Source: Candidatus Shapirobacteria bacterium (GTDB lineage: Bacteria > Patescibacteriota > Microgenomatia > UBA12405). Taken from it: a DNA stretch of 64,000 nt. Shown here one piece after another: positions 1 through 9,144 of the stretch. Each line of letters opens with the position of its first letter. The stretch's first letter is position 1. The stretch lies in the NCBI GenBank assembly GCA_022837635.1, contig JALHFY010000001.1, positions 317,693-381,692 of the forward strand, read 5' to 3'. The notes beneath the pieces were generated by a model. It saw nothing but the letters and a program-made list of their open reading frames with translations. It searched no databases and was not told the DNA's origin. Made by a program: the position numbers and the translations under genes.

Positions 1-614
1 TTGTAAATAACCAGAGCTATAAAAGCGGAAAGTAAGGGAAAATATATCTTTTTAAGATTATCTTTTCGAAATAAAACAAAAGTTACTAGACTGAGAACAA
101 TAAAATAGACCGCCGGAGATTTGGTGAGCCAAGCCAATCCTAAAGAAACACCTAAAAGCATAGATAAATCCAGAGAGGGTTTTTTAGCCAACCGTAAAGA
201 CAGATAGAAACTGAGAACTCCAAAAAAGGACAGTAAAGTGTCAGCGGTGGCTAAACGGTCGAAAAAGAAACTAAAAGGCAATAAAAGATAAATAAAAGGA
301 GCCACAATATTATCGGTAATCAAAAAAAGAAGGATGAGAATACCAGCGCCGGTCAAAACAGAAATTAAGCGACCGGCGATTAAGGGATCGGCAATGAATT
401 TTAAGAGAAGAGCATTGAGCCACATAAAAAGAGGTTGTTTGCCATCGGTTAAGGGAATAAAACGAAGAGTATCGACACTTTTGATAATTTGGGCCCAGCG
501 AACGTAAATAGCCTCATCACCAAAAACAGGTAAGGAATTAAGATTGATAAGTCGAGACAAGAAATAGAAAACTAAAATAATACCCAAATACAGGTATTTT
601 TTATTTTTTATCAT
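1..614 (-). CDS. GT-C fold membrane glycosyltransferase (ArnT/PMT_2-like), N-terminal portion; 3' end lies beyond the window edge
   Basis: Hand translation of minus strand from ATG 614..612 gives MIKNKKYLYLGIILVFYFLSRLINLNSLPVFGDEAIYVRWAQIIKS... with no stops to position 1; multi-TM with FGDEAIY loop motif typical of ArnT/PMT family; absent from ORF track because it runs off the edge. Confidence 0.5.
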   Translation of the reverse strand, partial: MIKNKKYLYLGIILVFYFLSRLINLNSLPVFGDEAIYVRWAQIIKSVDTLRFIPLTDGKQPLFMWLNALLLKFIADPLIAGRLISVLTGAGILILLFLITDNIVAPFIYLLLPFSFFFDRLATADTLLSFFGVLSFYLSLRLAKKPSLDLSMLLGVSLGLAWLTKSPAVYFIVLSLVTFVLFRKDNLKKIYFPLLSAFIALVIY

Positions 615-1368
615 ATTTACCTTGGAGATTGTTGGTAAAAACCCGCCAGACTTCGGCAGCCATCCGTTTGGATTCTTTGAGATATTTGGCGTTTTGGTCA
701 CCTTTGGTGGTACTAGTATCTTCGTCTTGCCAAAGAACCGGAACTTCTTTGGTTTTATAACCTAATTTATCGGCTATAAACAGCATTTCAACATCATAAG
801 CAGAGACTCGCCAACCTTGACCGCCTTGAATATTTTTAATCACCTCAAGTCGAGGGAAAATTTTTCGAGCGATATCTGTTTTCATGGATTTAAAGCCACA
901 TTGGGTATCCTCAATACGGCTTTTTAATAAAATTTTTCTAAAAATAGAAAAAACTTTGGAGCCTAACAGGCGTAAAAGTCCAAAACCAGTGCGCTGATTA
1001 CCGCGGGAGCCGATGACGATATCGTATTTTTTGTTGTAAAAAGGCAAGAGTTTGTTAAGTTCAGAAATGGGAGTGGATTGGTCCATGTCGGTAAAAAGAC
1101 AGAGAGGGTATTTGGCTTGTTGAATACCACCCCAAAGGGCACCGGGTTTACCACCTTTGGGTAAATCCAAAACACGGAAACCGCGATGAGATTTGGCGAA
1201 TTTTTGGACAATTTTAAGACTGTTGTCGGTGGATTGGTCGTTGCAGATTAAGACTTCCCAGGGATATTTTTGAGTTTTGAGAAAATCATCAACTTCTTTT
1301 AGAACTCCCCGATTAAGATTGTTTTCTTCGTTGTAACAAGGAATAATGATGGAGATACCTGTTTTCAT
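601..1368 (-). CDS. GT2 family glycosyltransferase (polyprenol-phosphate sugar synthase-like)
   Basis: IIIPCYNEE..NDQSTDNS..DMDQSTP motifs (GT2 DXD-type fold); overlaps neighbours by a few nt (operon). Confidence 0.8.
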   Translation of the reverse strand: MKTGISIIIPCYNEENNLNRGVLKEVDDFLKTQKYPWEVLICNDQSTDNSLKIVQKFAKSHRGFRVLDLPKGGKPGALWGGIQQAKYPLCLFTDMDQSTPISELNKLLPFYNKKYDIVIGSRGNQRTGFGLLRLLGSKVFSIFRKILLKSRIEDTQCGFKSMKTDIARKIFPRLEVIKNIQGGQGWRVSAYDVEMLFIADKLGYKTKEVPVLWQDEDTSTTKGDQNAKYLKESKRMAAEVWRVFTNNLQGKYDKK

Positions 1369-1375
1369 AGCTTAA

Positions 1376-2815
1376 TTATATCTGTTTACCCTCAGGATTG
1401 GGTAATAAACGATAAATTTTAACCCCGTTCTGATCGAGTTCTTGGTCAATTTTAGCCCAACCAAAGGCAGCAATCCCCCACTCAGGATGATTGATGGGTT
1501 GACAATTAATATCAGGATGGGGTTCACAGACTACAAAAAGTTGTTCGGTTTTTTTATCTTGAAGAGGATAATAGGGTAAATTAGCTTCTTTAATAAAATA
1601 AACATAAGCCGGATCATAATTAGTCTTGGCCAAGAGAGTAAAATTAAATTCTTTATTTTCAGATAATTCACTAACAGTCTCCACTATAGCTTTAGTGTTG
1701 GCTAATTGACGGTTTCCAGGTTGTTTGAAAGGTAAATTAATGACCGAAATATAAGTGGCCAGTAATAAGACAGGAAGGGTGACTAAGAGTGGAGTTTGGC
1801 TGAGAAGATAGCCAAAAAGCAAGAAAACGACCGGAAAAACGAAGGCAAAATAATGATCATAAATATGTTGTTTGTAGAGACCGAGACCAATCAAGGCAAA
1901 AAGATACCATAAAAGGAAGTAAATAAAGTATTTGTTTTTGAATTTATTCTTAAAAACAAGAGCAATAAGACCAATAAAGAAGAATAAGGAAATGTAGAGA
2001 CCAGCTGACTCTTGGTGAGCAGCCAAAAGACTGGTGTTGATTTGATTAAAAAGCTGGGGAATAAGGGGGATGGATTTGTAAGCCTTGAGGTTGACGGTAG
2101 TTTCTCTTTGGGTAAAAAAGGTTTTAAGAGAGTTAAAGTTTTGCCCTTGGTGTTTGAGATCAAAGAGAATTTGAGGAATGAGAGTGAGAAGAAAGAGAAA
2201 AATAGCGATAAAAGTAGGTTTGAGAAGTTTGGGTTGGTAGTTTTTGAGCCAAATAACTCCGGCTACAGGCAATAAAATCAAAGCTAAATAGTGGGAATTG
2301 AAGCACATGACAAAGGCCAGAGCGGCCCAAGGATATTTCTTTTCAATCATTAAATAGATAAAAAGAAGAGAAAAGAAGGGCATAATGTTTGGATTCCAAG
2401 AGAAGGTACCGTATTTGACAGCTACCGGTGAAATGGCGTAGAGAAAAGAGGCAATCAAAGCGGTAGTAGGATTAAAGTATTTTTTACCGACAAAATAGAT
2501 GAGCCAAACAGTGGTGATGGAAACTAGGGCGATGAATATAGCCGGTCCTAAGGGATTAAAGTTGGCTAAAAGCAAAGAAGGGGCAATCAAATAATAGTAA
2601 AAAGGCCCCAAATACATGTTGCCAACACTGGTTTGAGGACCGATAAAAAAGAGATCGCCATGTTTTAAGAAATCTCTGACTATGAGAACATCTCGACCTT
2701 GATCACCTAAAAACTCGGCATAATCACTGATTTTGTACAATCGTAGCACCGCTGCCAAAAACAAAATCAAGATAATCAGCCAATTTTTTTTCAAAAATTT
2801 TTTAAGTTTAGGCAC
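1376..2815 (-). CDS. GT-C fold polytopic membrane glycosyltransferase-like protein (PMT_2/ArnT-like)
   Basis: 479 aa, >10 predicted TM helices, N-terminal loop GDQGRDVLIVRD and GPQTSVGNMYLGPFYYYL; clear paralog of 25797..27332. Confidence 0.55.
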   Translation of the reverse strand: MPKLKKFLKKNWLIILILFLAAVLRLYKISDYAEFLGDQGRDVLIVRDFLKHGDLFFIGPQTSVGNMYLGPFYYYLIAPSLLLANFNPLGPAIFIALVSITTVWLIYFVGKKYFNPTTALIASFLYAISPVAVKYGTFSWNPNIMPFFSLLFIYLMIEKKYPWAALAFVMCFNSHYLALILLPVAGVIWLKNYQPKLLKPTFIAIFLFLLTLIPQILFDLKHQGQNFNSLKTFFTQRETTVNLKAYKSIPLIPQLFNQINTSLLAAHQESAGLYISLFFFIGLIALVFKNKFKNKYFIYFLLWYLFALIGLGLYKQHIYDHYFAFVFPVVFLLFGYLLSQTPLLVTLPVLLLATYISVINLPFKQPGNRQLANTKAIVETVSELSENKEFNFTLLAKTNYDPAYVYFIKEANLPYYPLQDKKTEQLFVVCEPHPDINCQPINHPEWGIAAFGWAKIDQELDQNGVKIYRLLPNPEGKQI

Positions 2816-3539
2816 GGGAAAAATTGAGCTTAAACCATAATCTGAAAAGATCGGAAAAGCTTTTAATGATAACTTTCAGCTGACGACCAGTAGCTTGGCC
2901 TTCAGTACGAGCAAAGTGTTTCACTCCCAATTGAGTAATTTTAAAGCCGGCTTTTTTAGCTTTGATTAAAAGTTCGCTAGTAATAAAAGCCCCTCTTTCC
3001 GATTCTAGTCGAGGAATAGTGTCAATCACTTTTTTGTTAATTAACTTAAAAGCACAGTCAATATCCCGGACTTTGAGGCCAAATAAGATAAAGACAATCA
3101 GCTCCCAAATCTTAGAGGTAAAAATTACCATTTGAGGTACCTGTCTTTTGAGATAATAACCGGCCACAATATCAGCACCAGTTTGTTGTTGTTTTTTAAT
3201 CAGTTTGGTAATTTCAGAAAAATCAAATTGGCCGTCAGAATCGGTAAAAGTAATCCATTGATATTTAGCGCCATAAAGACCGCTTTGAAGAGCGCCACCA
3301 TAGCCACGATTGGGATTGTGAGTAATTACCCGTAAATTGGGGGCATATTTTTTCTTGAGACTGGCAGCAATCTGAGCAGTTTTATCCTTGGAACCGTCAT
3401 TAACAATGATGATTTCCCACTGAGCAGCCACCTTTTTGAGAACAGTCGCCGCTTTGTTGACGGTATTGGCAATATTTTTCTCTTCGTTGTAGGTAGGAAA
3501 AAAAACTGAGAGTTGGGGAATTAAGAAGCTAGATTTCAT
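2808..3539 (-). CDS. GT2 family glycosyltransferase (dolichyl/polyprenyl-phosphate mannose synthase-like)
   Basis: FPTYNEEKNI..IIVNDGSKDKT..FTDSDGQ motifs. Confidence 0.8.
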   Translation of the reverse strand: MKSSFLIPQLSVFFPTYNEEKNIANTVNKAATVLKKVAAQWEIIIVNDGSKDKTAQIAASLKKKYAPNLRVITHNPNRGYGGALQSGLYGAKYQWITFTDSDGQFDFSEITKLIKKQQQTGADIVAGYYLKRQVPQMVIFTSKIWELIVFILFGLKVRDIDCAFKLINKKVIDTIPRLESERGAFITSELLIKAKKAGFKITQLGVKHFARTEGQATGRQLKVIIKSFSDLFRLWFKLNFSRA

Positions 3540-3560
3540 ATAAAGAGTATAGCAAAGAGC

Positions 3561-3589
3561 TTGACAATCAGGGTTTTGAGAGATACAAT
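3561..3589 (+). promoter_or_regulatory. sigma70-type promoter: TTGACA - 17 nt - TACAAT, driving the DUF11 surface protein gene
   Basis: Exact consensus -35 at 3561-3566, 17-nt spacer, TACAAT at 3584-3589; spacer flanked by CAGGG/CCCTG inverted repeat. Confidence 0.55.
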
Positions 3590-3622
3590 ACCCTGTAATA
3601 ATAGTTATTAAGCATAAAAATT

Positions 3623-4213
3623 ATGAAAAAACTAATTCTATCTTTGGCCTTAATGGCTGCTTTAGTTTTTCCTTCGGGAGTTTTAGCCGACAGCTACTCA
3701 CAGGAAAAAGTTGAGTACAAAGTATCTATCGATAAAAAGATCAGACCTATAAATGATGATAAATACTATGATAATGTTTCTCGTGATCAAAAAGTCTTTG
3801 TCAGTGATGATTTAATGGATTTTAATATCGTGGTCGCCAATACCGGTAAAGATATTCTTTATGACTTGGTAGTGACTGATTATTACCCAATTGTAAATCA
3901 AATCATTTTGGCTCCCGGTGAAATTAATAAAAACAATCGCACCGTCACTTGGAAAATTTCCAGCCTAGGTGTAGGTGAAACCAGAAGTTTTAATTTGAGA
4001 GCCAAGGTGGCCACTGACAGTGCCGCGGCTGCTCAAACTAACGTAGCAACAGTTAAAAATAATCATGTTTCTGATCGTGATACGGCTACTTTCTATATTA
4101 CCAAGAAAACCACTCCTAAGACCGGTAGTAACGATTTGTTAGTCAAGAGTGTGATTATGACCAGTGTAGCTTTGGCTGCTTTGGGAATCAGAAAATTGGC
4201 GAGAGGATACTAA
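3623..4213 (+). CDS. Secreted DUF11 (conserved repeat domain) surface protein with C-terminal LPXTG-like sorting signal (TPKTG + TM + RKLARGY)
   Basis: N-terminal signal peptide; DUF11-like block NIVVANTGKDILYDLVVTDYYP...VTWKISSLGVGETRSF; C-terminus ...KTTPKTGSNDLLVKSVIMTSVALAALGIRKLARGY. Confidence 0.7.
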   Translation: MKKLILSLALMAALVFPSGVLADSYSQEKVEYKVSIDKKIRPINDDKYYDNVSRDQKVFVSDDLMDFNIVVANTGKDILYDLVVTDYYPIVNQIILAPGEINKNNRTVTWKISSLGVGETRSFNLRAKVATDSAAAAQTNVATVKNNHVSDRDTATFYITKKTTPKTGSNDLLVKSVIMTSVALAALGIRKLARGY

Positions 4214-4246
4214 AAGATAATTAGATAAATAGTAAGTAGTAAATTG

Positions 4247-4276
4247 TCTCCCCGCTGTGGCGGGGGGATTTTATTT
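4247..4276. terminator. Rho-independent terminator hairpin between convergent genes
   Basis: TCTCCCCGC-TGTG-GCGGGGGGA stem-loop (9 bp) followed by TTTTATTT. Confidence 0.6.
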
Positions 4277-5452
4277 GGTAAAGAGGCGGAGACTCATAAC
4301 AGTAGCCGGGGAATAACGACTGGAAAAATTCTGATCGGGACCAAACCAGGGATCATGGATTTGATAGTTACCATTGCTACCACTAATAATGACAACAAAG
4401 TGCATACCGGCAATATTAGACATACGCATTTGAGCGACAACATAGCGACCGGCGCTTAATTCTTTATCAATGGTATCAGTATCGTAAGTGCTAACCCGAT
4501 AGGAATAACCAGCGGGAACCAAGGGGTTAAGCATGTAGGCAGTGTTACCAAAAAAGCGATTTGGATCATGAGCATAAACACTAGGAGTGAGCGAATCGTT
4601 GCCAGCTTTTTTGTGAACCATAGTAACACTACTGATATAACAACCGACAGCGCCGATAGTATCACTGGAATTACCTATATATTGATTACACCAACGAGGA
4701 TCACGTTGGGAATAGAAATTACCATCACTACCGCCACCAGGTGATGAAGCCAAGCAAGTGCTACCACCAACAGAATCGGCAAAACGACGAAAAGAAGCCA
4801 ATTGAGCTTGAGCTTCCTGGAGGCGACGCTGGTAAACAGCTTCATCGTTTTTAGTATCTTGAAGTAATTTGTCCTTGGAAGCTTTCTGGGAAGAAAGACT
4901 TTTTTGTTGAGAGGCTAATTTCTTTTCCAAGGCCTCCAACTCGGCCTGTTTTTTACTTTTTTCCTGTTTTTGAAGGTCAAGATTAGTGCGGGTGGTTTCC
5001 ATATCAACCAAGGTGTCTTGGCTTTTCTGTTGGAGAGAGGTGACATATTTGTAATTTTTGAAAAAATCATTGAGATTGGCGGAACCGAGAATAGCAAAAA
5101 AAGGAATGCGTTTTTGCAGTTTGTAATTCTGATTAATCTGTTCGATATATTTTCCAGAAAGATCATTGAGAGAGATATCTAGACCATTAATTTTGAGACT
5201 TAAGTCGGCAATTTCCTTTTTGATAACTTCAATATTATTACCGGTTTGTTTGATCTGAAGTTCAATCTGAGCAATTTTGGTATCAAAAATTTTGATTTGA
5301 TTGCTGAGAGTATTTTTTTGGCGATTTAATTCAGTTAATTTGGCACTAAGTTCGGCAATTTGCTGCTGGACTTCTTCAAAAGTCTGAGCCAATAAGGGCG
5401 GTGAAAGGAGGAGAAAAAAGAAGATCAAAGCAATGATTATTTTTTTTACCAT
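4271..5452 (-). CDS. Secreted coiled-coil protein with C-terminal C39-like (Peptidase_C39_2/CHAP-like) cysteine peptidase domain; PcsB/EnvC-like putative FtsEX-regulated peptidoglycan hydrolase
   Basis: Signal peptide, ~180 aa heptad-rich Q/K/E/L region, then YSQRDPRWCNQYIG...GCYISSVTMV...GMHFVVIISG...IHDPWFG (Cys/His papain-like motifs); last gene of ftsE-ftsX operon with 7-nt overlap. Confidence 0.6.
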   Translation of the reverse strand: MVKKIIIALIFFFLLLSPPLLAQTFEEVQQQIAELSAKLTELNRQKNTLSNQIKIFDTKIAQIELQIKQTGNNIEVIKKEIADLSLKINGLDISLNDLSGKYIEQINQNYKLQKRIPFFAILGSANLNDFFKNYKYVTSLQQKSQDTLVDMETTRTNLDLQKQEKSKKQAELEALEKKLASQQKSLSSQKASKDKLLQDTKNDEAVYQRRLQEAQAQLASFRRFADSVGGSTCLASSPGGGSDGNFYSQRDPRWCNQYIGNSSDTIGAVGCYISSVTMVHKKAGNDSLTPSVYAHDPNRFFGNTAYMLNPLVPAGYSYRVSTYDTDTIDKELSAGRYVVAQMRMSNIAGMHFVVIISGSNGNYQIHDPWFGPDQNFSSRYSPATVMSLRLFTK

Positions 5453-6315
5453 TTGATATATCTTCTAGCTCCCAACCAGCTAGCCGACAGACCAATGACA
5501 AGACCAAAAAGAAGCTCGGCAATAAGAATAAGGATGTCCAAAAGAGAAAATTCGTTGACGAAAACAATGGGCTGGAAGAAATGATTAATGGAATGACGGA
5601 AAACAAAAATAGTCAGATAACTGGAAAGAAAAGCGGTAAAAGCGCCCAAAACACCATAGATAGCGCCCTCAAGTAAGAAAGGTCGTTTAACATAGAATTG
5701 AGAGGCTCCTAAAAGCCGAGAAATACGAATTTCATCTTTGCGATTGGTGATTTTCATCCCAATCAGACTAAAGATAATCAAAAAAGAAGCAATTAAAAAA
5801 ATCACCACTAAAGCAATACCAAAAATACGGATAATTTTGGTCCAATTCAAAAGAGATTGAATAATATCTTTTTGATAAATTACTTCATCAACTTCAGATT
5901 TGGAAGAAAATTTTTGAGCCATGACTTCCAGAACTCGAGGATCGTTAGCTGAAACTTCGATGGAAGCCGGCAAGACAGAAGCGGTGACCATCTCGGTCAA
6001 GAGAGGGTTGTCTTTGTTCATTTCCTTATAAAGTTCAAGAGCTTTTTCTTTGGAAATTTTTCTAATCTCCCTAACCTGAGGGTAAGTTTTAATTTCTTCT
6101 TCCAGAGCGGTAATTTTTTCAGCATCTAAACCATCTTTGAGATAAATAGTGATTTCAGGCTTGGTTTCAAAATAATTAAGAACGTGATTGAGGCCACGAT
6201 TAAGATAAACAAAGGTGTTTAAGACTGAAAAACTAAGAAAAACAGCCACAAAGGCAATTAGACTTTGAAAAGGTGAACGGCGGATGTGGTGGAGAGTAAG
6301 TTTAAGCAGTTTCAT
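5446..6315 (-). CDS. ftsX: Cell division permease FtsX
   Basis: 289 aa, 4 TM with large first extracellular loop, directly downstream of ftsE with 4-nt overlap. Confidence 0.8.
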   Translation of the reverse strand: MKLLKLTLHHIRRSPFQSLIAFVAVFLSFSVLNTFVYLNRGLNHVLNYFETKPEITIYLKDGLDAEKITALEEEIKTYPQVREIRKISKEKALELYKEMNKDNPLLTEMVTASVLPASIEVSANDPRVLEVMAQKFSSKSEVDEVIYQKDIIQSLLNWTKIIRIFGIALVVIFLIASFLIIFSLIGMKITNRKDEIRISRLLGASQFYVKRPFLLEGAIYGVLGAFTAFLSSYLTIFVFRHSINHFFQPIVFVNEFSLLDILILIAELLFGLVIGLSASWLGARRYIKW

Positions 6316-6956
6316 TTATCTAGTTTAATAACTTTTTTATCTAAAGATTCAATAAAATCCATGTTATGAGTAGTCATAACAATGGTGGTTTTGAATTTTT
6401 CATTAATTTCCTGCAAAATTTTAATTAAATTCCAGGCATTGGTGGGATCTAAATTACCAGTAGGTTCATCAGCCAAAATCACCTCTGGTTCAACGCTCAA
6501 AGCTCTAGCCAAGGAGGCTCGTTGGAGTTCCCCACCGGACAACTGGGAAGGGAAGAGAAAATAGCGATGTTGAAGTTTAACTAACTTAACCACTTCATTG
6601 ATACGGGAAGAAATTTTATCTGCTGGATAGCCGACAATATCCAAGGCCAGAGCAATATTTTCCTCGATAGTAAGGTCATTTATCAGTTGAAAATCTTGAA
6701 AAATAACACCGGTTTTTTTACGAATGCGATCAATTTCTCTTTTATCCTTAATTTCGCTAAGTTTTTGACCGTCAATAATGACATGGCCGCTACTAGGTTT
6801 GACCTGGTTTAAGATCATTTTAATCAGGGTCGATTTGCCGGAACCACTAGGGCCGGTCACAAAGATAAAATCACCGGCTTTGATTTTTAAGTCTAGGTCG
6901 CGAAAAACATTGATAGGACCATAATTTTTAGTAACTTTGTCAAAAACAATTTCCAT
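6312..6956 (-). CDS. ftsE: Cell division ABC ATPase FtsE
   Basis: Walker A GPSGSGKST, signature LSGGELQR, Walker B ILADEPTGNLD; paired with ftsX. Confidence 0.85.
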   Translation of the reverse strand: MEIVFDKVTKNYGPINVFRDLDLKIKAGDFIFVTGPSGSGKSTLIKMILNQVKPSSGHVIIDGQKLSEIKDKREIDRIRKKTGVIFQDFQLINDLTIEENIALALDIVGYPADKISSRINEVVKLVKLQHRYFLFPSQLSGGELQRASLARALSVEPEVILADEPTGNLDPTNAWNLIKILQEINEKFKTTIVMTTHNMDFIESLDKKVIKLDK

Positions 6957-6958
6957 AA

Positions 6959-7447
6959 TTACTCGACAATTTTGATAGAGCCAACGTCCATAAGCCAGCC
7001 GGTTTTACTGGAGGTGTTGGTTTCTCCTTTGACTTCAACTTGACGGTTAACGAATAAGTCGAGATCGACAGCTGAAGAGGTTAGAGAAACTCGCTGAGAG
7101 TCTCCACCGGGACGGACTAAAATGTGAGTGCCAACACCATTGACGGCACCAACCTCGATGGTACCAGTAGCTGAGTCTTTGAAATTGGCAGAGGTATTAC
7201 CATAGAGTTTACCAACTTCAAGTTCACTTTGATCCTTGATATCGTCGGTACTTAAGGCAATTTCTCCACCGGAAAGTAAAGCAACAGAACTACTGCTTTT
7301 ACCGGTAGTTGGGAAAACTCGAGAAGCGATAAAACCCAAAACTGAAGCAATTAAAAGCATTAAGAAAACTATTTTCAGTGAAGGTGAGCTATTTTTTTGA
7401 GGAGAAGTAGGTTTAGAAGTCTTTTGGGTGAAGTTTGGTATTTCCAT
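6959..7447 (-). CDS. N-terminally membrane-anchored hypothetical protein
   Basis: 162 aa, single TM then Ser/Thr/Gly-rich beta-like region; 3 nt upstream of ftsE. Confidence 0.5.
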   Translation of the reverse strand: MEIPNFTQKTSKPTSPQKNSSPSLKIVFLMLLIASVLGFIASRVFPTTGKSSSSVALLSGGEIALSTDDIKDQSELEVGKLYGNTSANFKDSATGTIEVGAVNGVGTHILVRPGGDSQRVSLTSSAVDLDLFVNRQVEVKGETNTSSKTGWLMDVGSIKIVE

Positions 7448-7463
7448 AATTCAGTATAACAAA

Positions 7464-8135
7464 TCAAGACTTTTTGAAAACAAGTACCAAGGTGTCTCGA
7501 CGACGAGGAAATAAGAGCAATAATCCGTAAAAAAACCACTTACCCAAACGAGTGAAAAAAGCTTCTGATTTAACTTTGTCCCGAAAGGGGGGGTAGGCTG
7601 CCAAATACTGAGATTGAATCAGTTTCAAAGAAGGAGGAGTTAAAGACGAAATCTCGGCCAGAGTATATTCCCGTTGATGACGAAAATTATGATGTTGTTC
7701 CAATTGAAAAAGAGGAAAATAAATATTTTTACCCAACATTAAGGCAAAAAGATTATGAAGGCGGATGGCGTTGGGAGTGGTCAGAATAAAATAAGCACCG
7801 GGTTTAAGAATGCGACTAATTTCTAAGAATAATCTTTCAACTCCGGTACCTAAGTGTTCCAAGACCTCACTTAGGATAACTAAATCGAAGGTATTGGCGG
7901 GATAATCCAGTCGGTCGTTTTCTAAATTCAAAACTTTAACTTGAGGGTCGGAAATTTTTTCTCTAATTGAGGAAACTCCATAAACATGAGTAAATTTTTT
8001 CCGAAGTGATTTAAGAAGATAATTAGGATAACAACCGAGATCAAGGATTTTTGAATTTTTATCTAAATTAAGGGTAGAAATAAGCTGAAGCAATTGTTGG
8101 AGACGATAGCCGTGGATAGCTAAATAATCATTCAT
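7464..8135 (-). CDS. Class I SAM-dependent methyltransferase
   Basis: ILDLGCYPNYL (motif I) and LSEVLEHL motifs. Confidence 0.7.
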   Translation of the reverse strand: MNDYLAIHGYRLQQLLQLISTLNLDKNSKILDLGCYPNYLLKSLRKKFTHVYGVSSIREKISDPQVKVLNLENDRLDYPANTFDLVILSEVLEHLGTGVERLFLEISRILKPGAYFILTTPNAIRLHNLFALMLGKNIYFPLFQLEQHHNFRHQREYTLAEISSLTPPSLKLIQSQYLAAYPPFRDKVKSEAFFTRLGKWFFYGLLLLFPRRRDTLVLVFKKS

Positions 8136-9144
8136 TTTTTAGAGAAGAATCAATAAAATCATGAAGAGTGGTAAAATCCTGATCTTTAGTAACAAAAACC
8201 CATTGACGATTGATAAAATAAGGCGGGTGATAAATAATATCCTGTTTGGGATTTTCGCCGGTAGGGATAGAATGACGGATAATTTTTAGTTGAGAGAGAG
8301 TAGAAAAATGATCTAAAGCATAGGTAAAAAGCTCAATATCAGTAAAATTATGTTCAAGAGATTGCCAAAAATTATAAAGATAGGGGAGAATTTTGGGATT
8401 GGAGTGGATTTGCTGTTTTAAGCGATCAATTAGGGCATTGATAAGTTGTTGTTGGCGGTCAATACGCCCCAAATCGGTACCACCATTGGCAGCTAGATCA
8501 CTGCTTTTACGAGAGCGGACGAACTCAGAAATATTGGTAGAATCAAGATGATTCCAACCTGAGTTAAATTTTACAGTTCTATAAACCGGAATTTGAGGAG
8601 AAGGATTGTTAATATAATTTTCATTGGGATATTGGTCATCAATAAAGCCTTGATCAAGATAAAGATCAACACCACCTAAAATATCGGCTAAATTTTTGAG
8701 ATTGTTAGTACTTAAAATTAGAACTTTATCGATGTTTTGGCCGGTAATACGACTAAAATTATCCTTAATATAGGTAAATTTTTGAGCAGAATCTGGAGCC
8801 TGGCTGGCGGTGGGATAAATTTGGTTGATTTTACTATTGAGAGAATAATCCCAAAGGTCACGGGGTAAAGAGAAGAGATGAAGACGAGCTTGGTTAAAAT
8901 CCAGTTGGCCGTAAATAATAGTGTCGGTAGTATTAGTTTTTTCTAAAGAATCATCTCTTTTATCTACACCTAAAAGTAAAAAATTCAAATGGTCAGTTTT
9001 AGGCAAGAACAGGGAGTCTTTGAAAGTTTTTGGGAAATAAAAAAAATGACGATAAGTCAGTCGGGAAAAATAAAAGATAAATAAAGAAACTAGAAACAGG
9101 AGACTAGAAACTAGAACAAGAAGTATTTTGAGGATTTTTTTCAT
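8128..9144 (-). CDS. LytR-CpsA-Psr (LCP) family cell-envelope polymer transferase
   Basis: N-terminal TM; [10 protein letters not shown]...[10 protein letters not shown]...SLPRDLW LCP signature. Confidence 0.75.
   Translation of the reverse strand: MKKILKILLVLVSSLLFLVSLFIFYFSRLTYRHFFYFPKTFKDSLFLPKTDHLNFLLLGVDKRDDSLEKTNTTDTIIYGQLDFNQARLHLFSLPRDLWDYSLNSKINQIYPTASQAPDSAQKFTYIKDNFSRITGQNIDKVLILSTNNLKNLADILGGVDLYLDQGFIDDQYPNENYINNPSPQIPVYRTVKFNSGWNHLDSTNISEFVRSRKSSDLAANGGTDLGRIDRQQQLINALIDRLKQQIHSNPKILPYLYNFWQSLEHNFTDIELFTYALDHFSTLSQLKIIRHSIPTGENPKQDIIYHPPYFINRQWVFVTKDQDFTTLHDFIDSSLKNE

Noticed and set aside
963-1211. Internal or antisense ORFs nested within large genes (963-1211, 1891-2163, 13154-13540, 17328-17968, 23576-23869, 28964-29233, 40606-40884, 53399-54018 and many more)
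   Set aside because: Shadow ORFs overlapping confidently assigned genes on the other strand or frame, with low-complexity translations.
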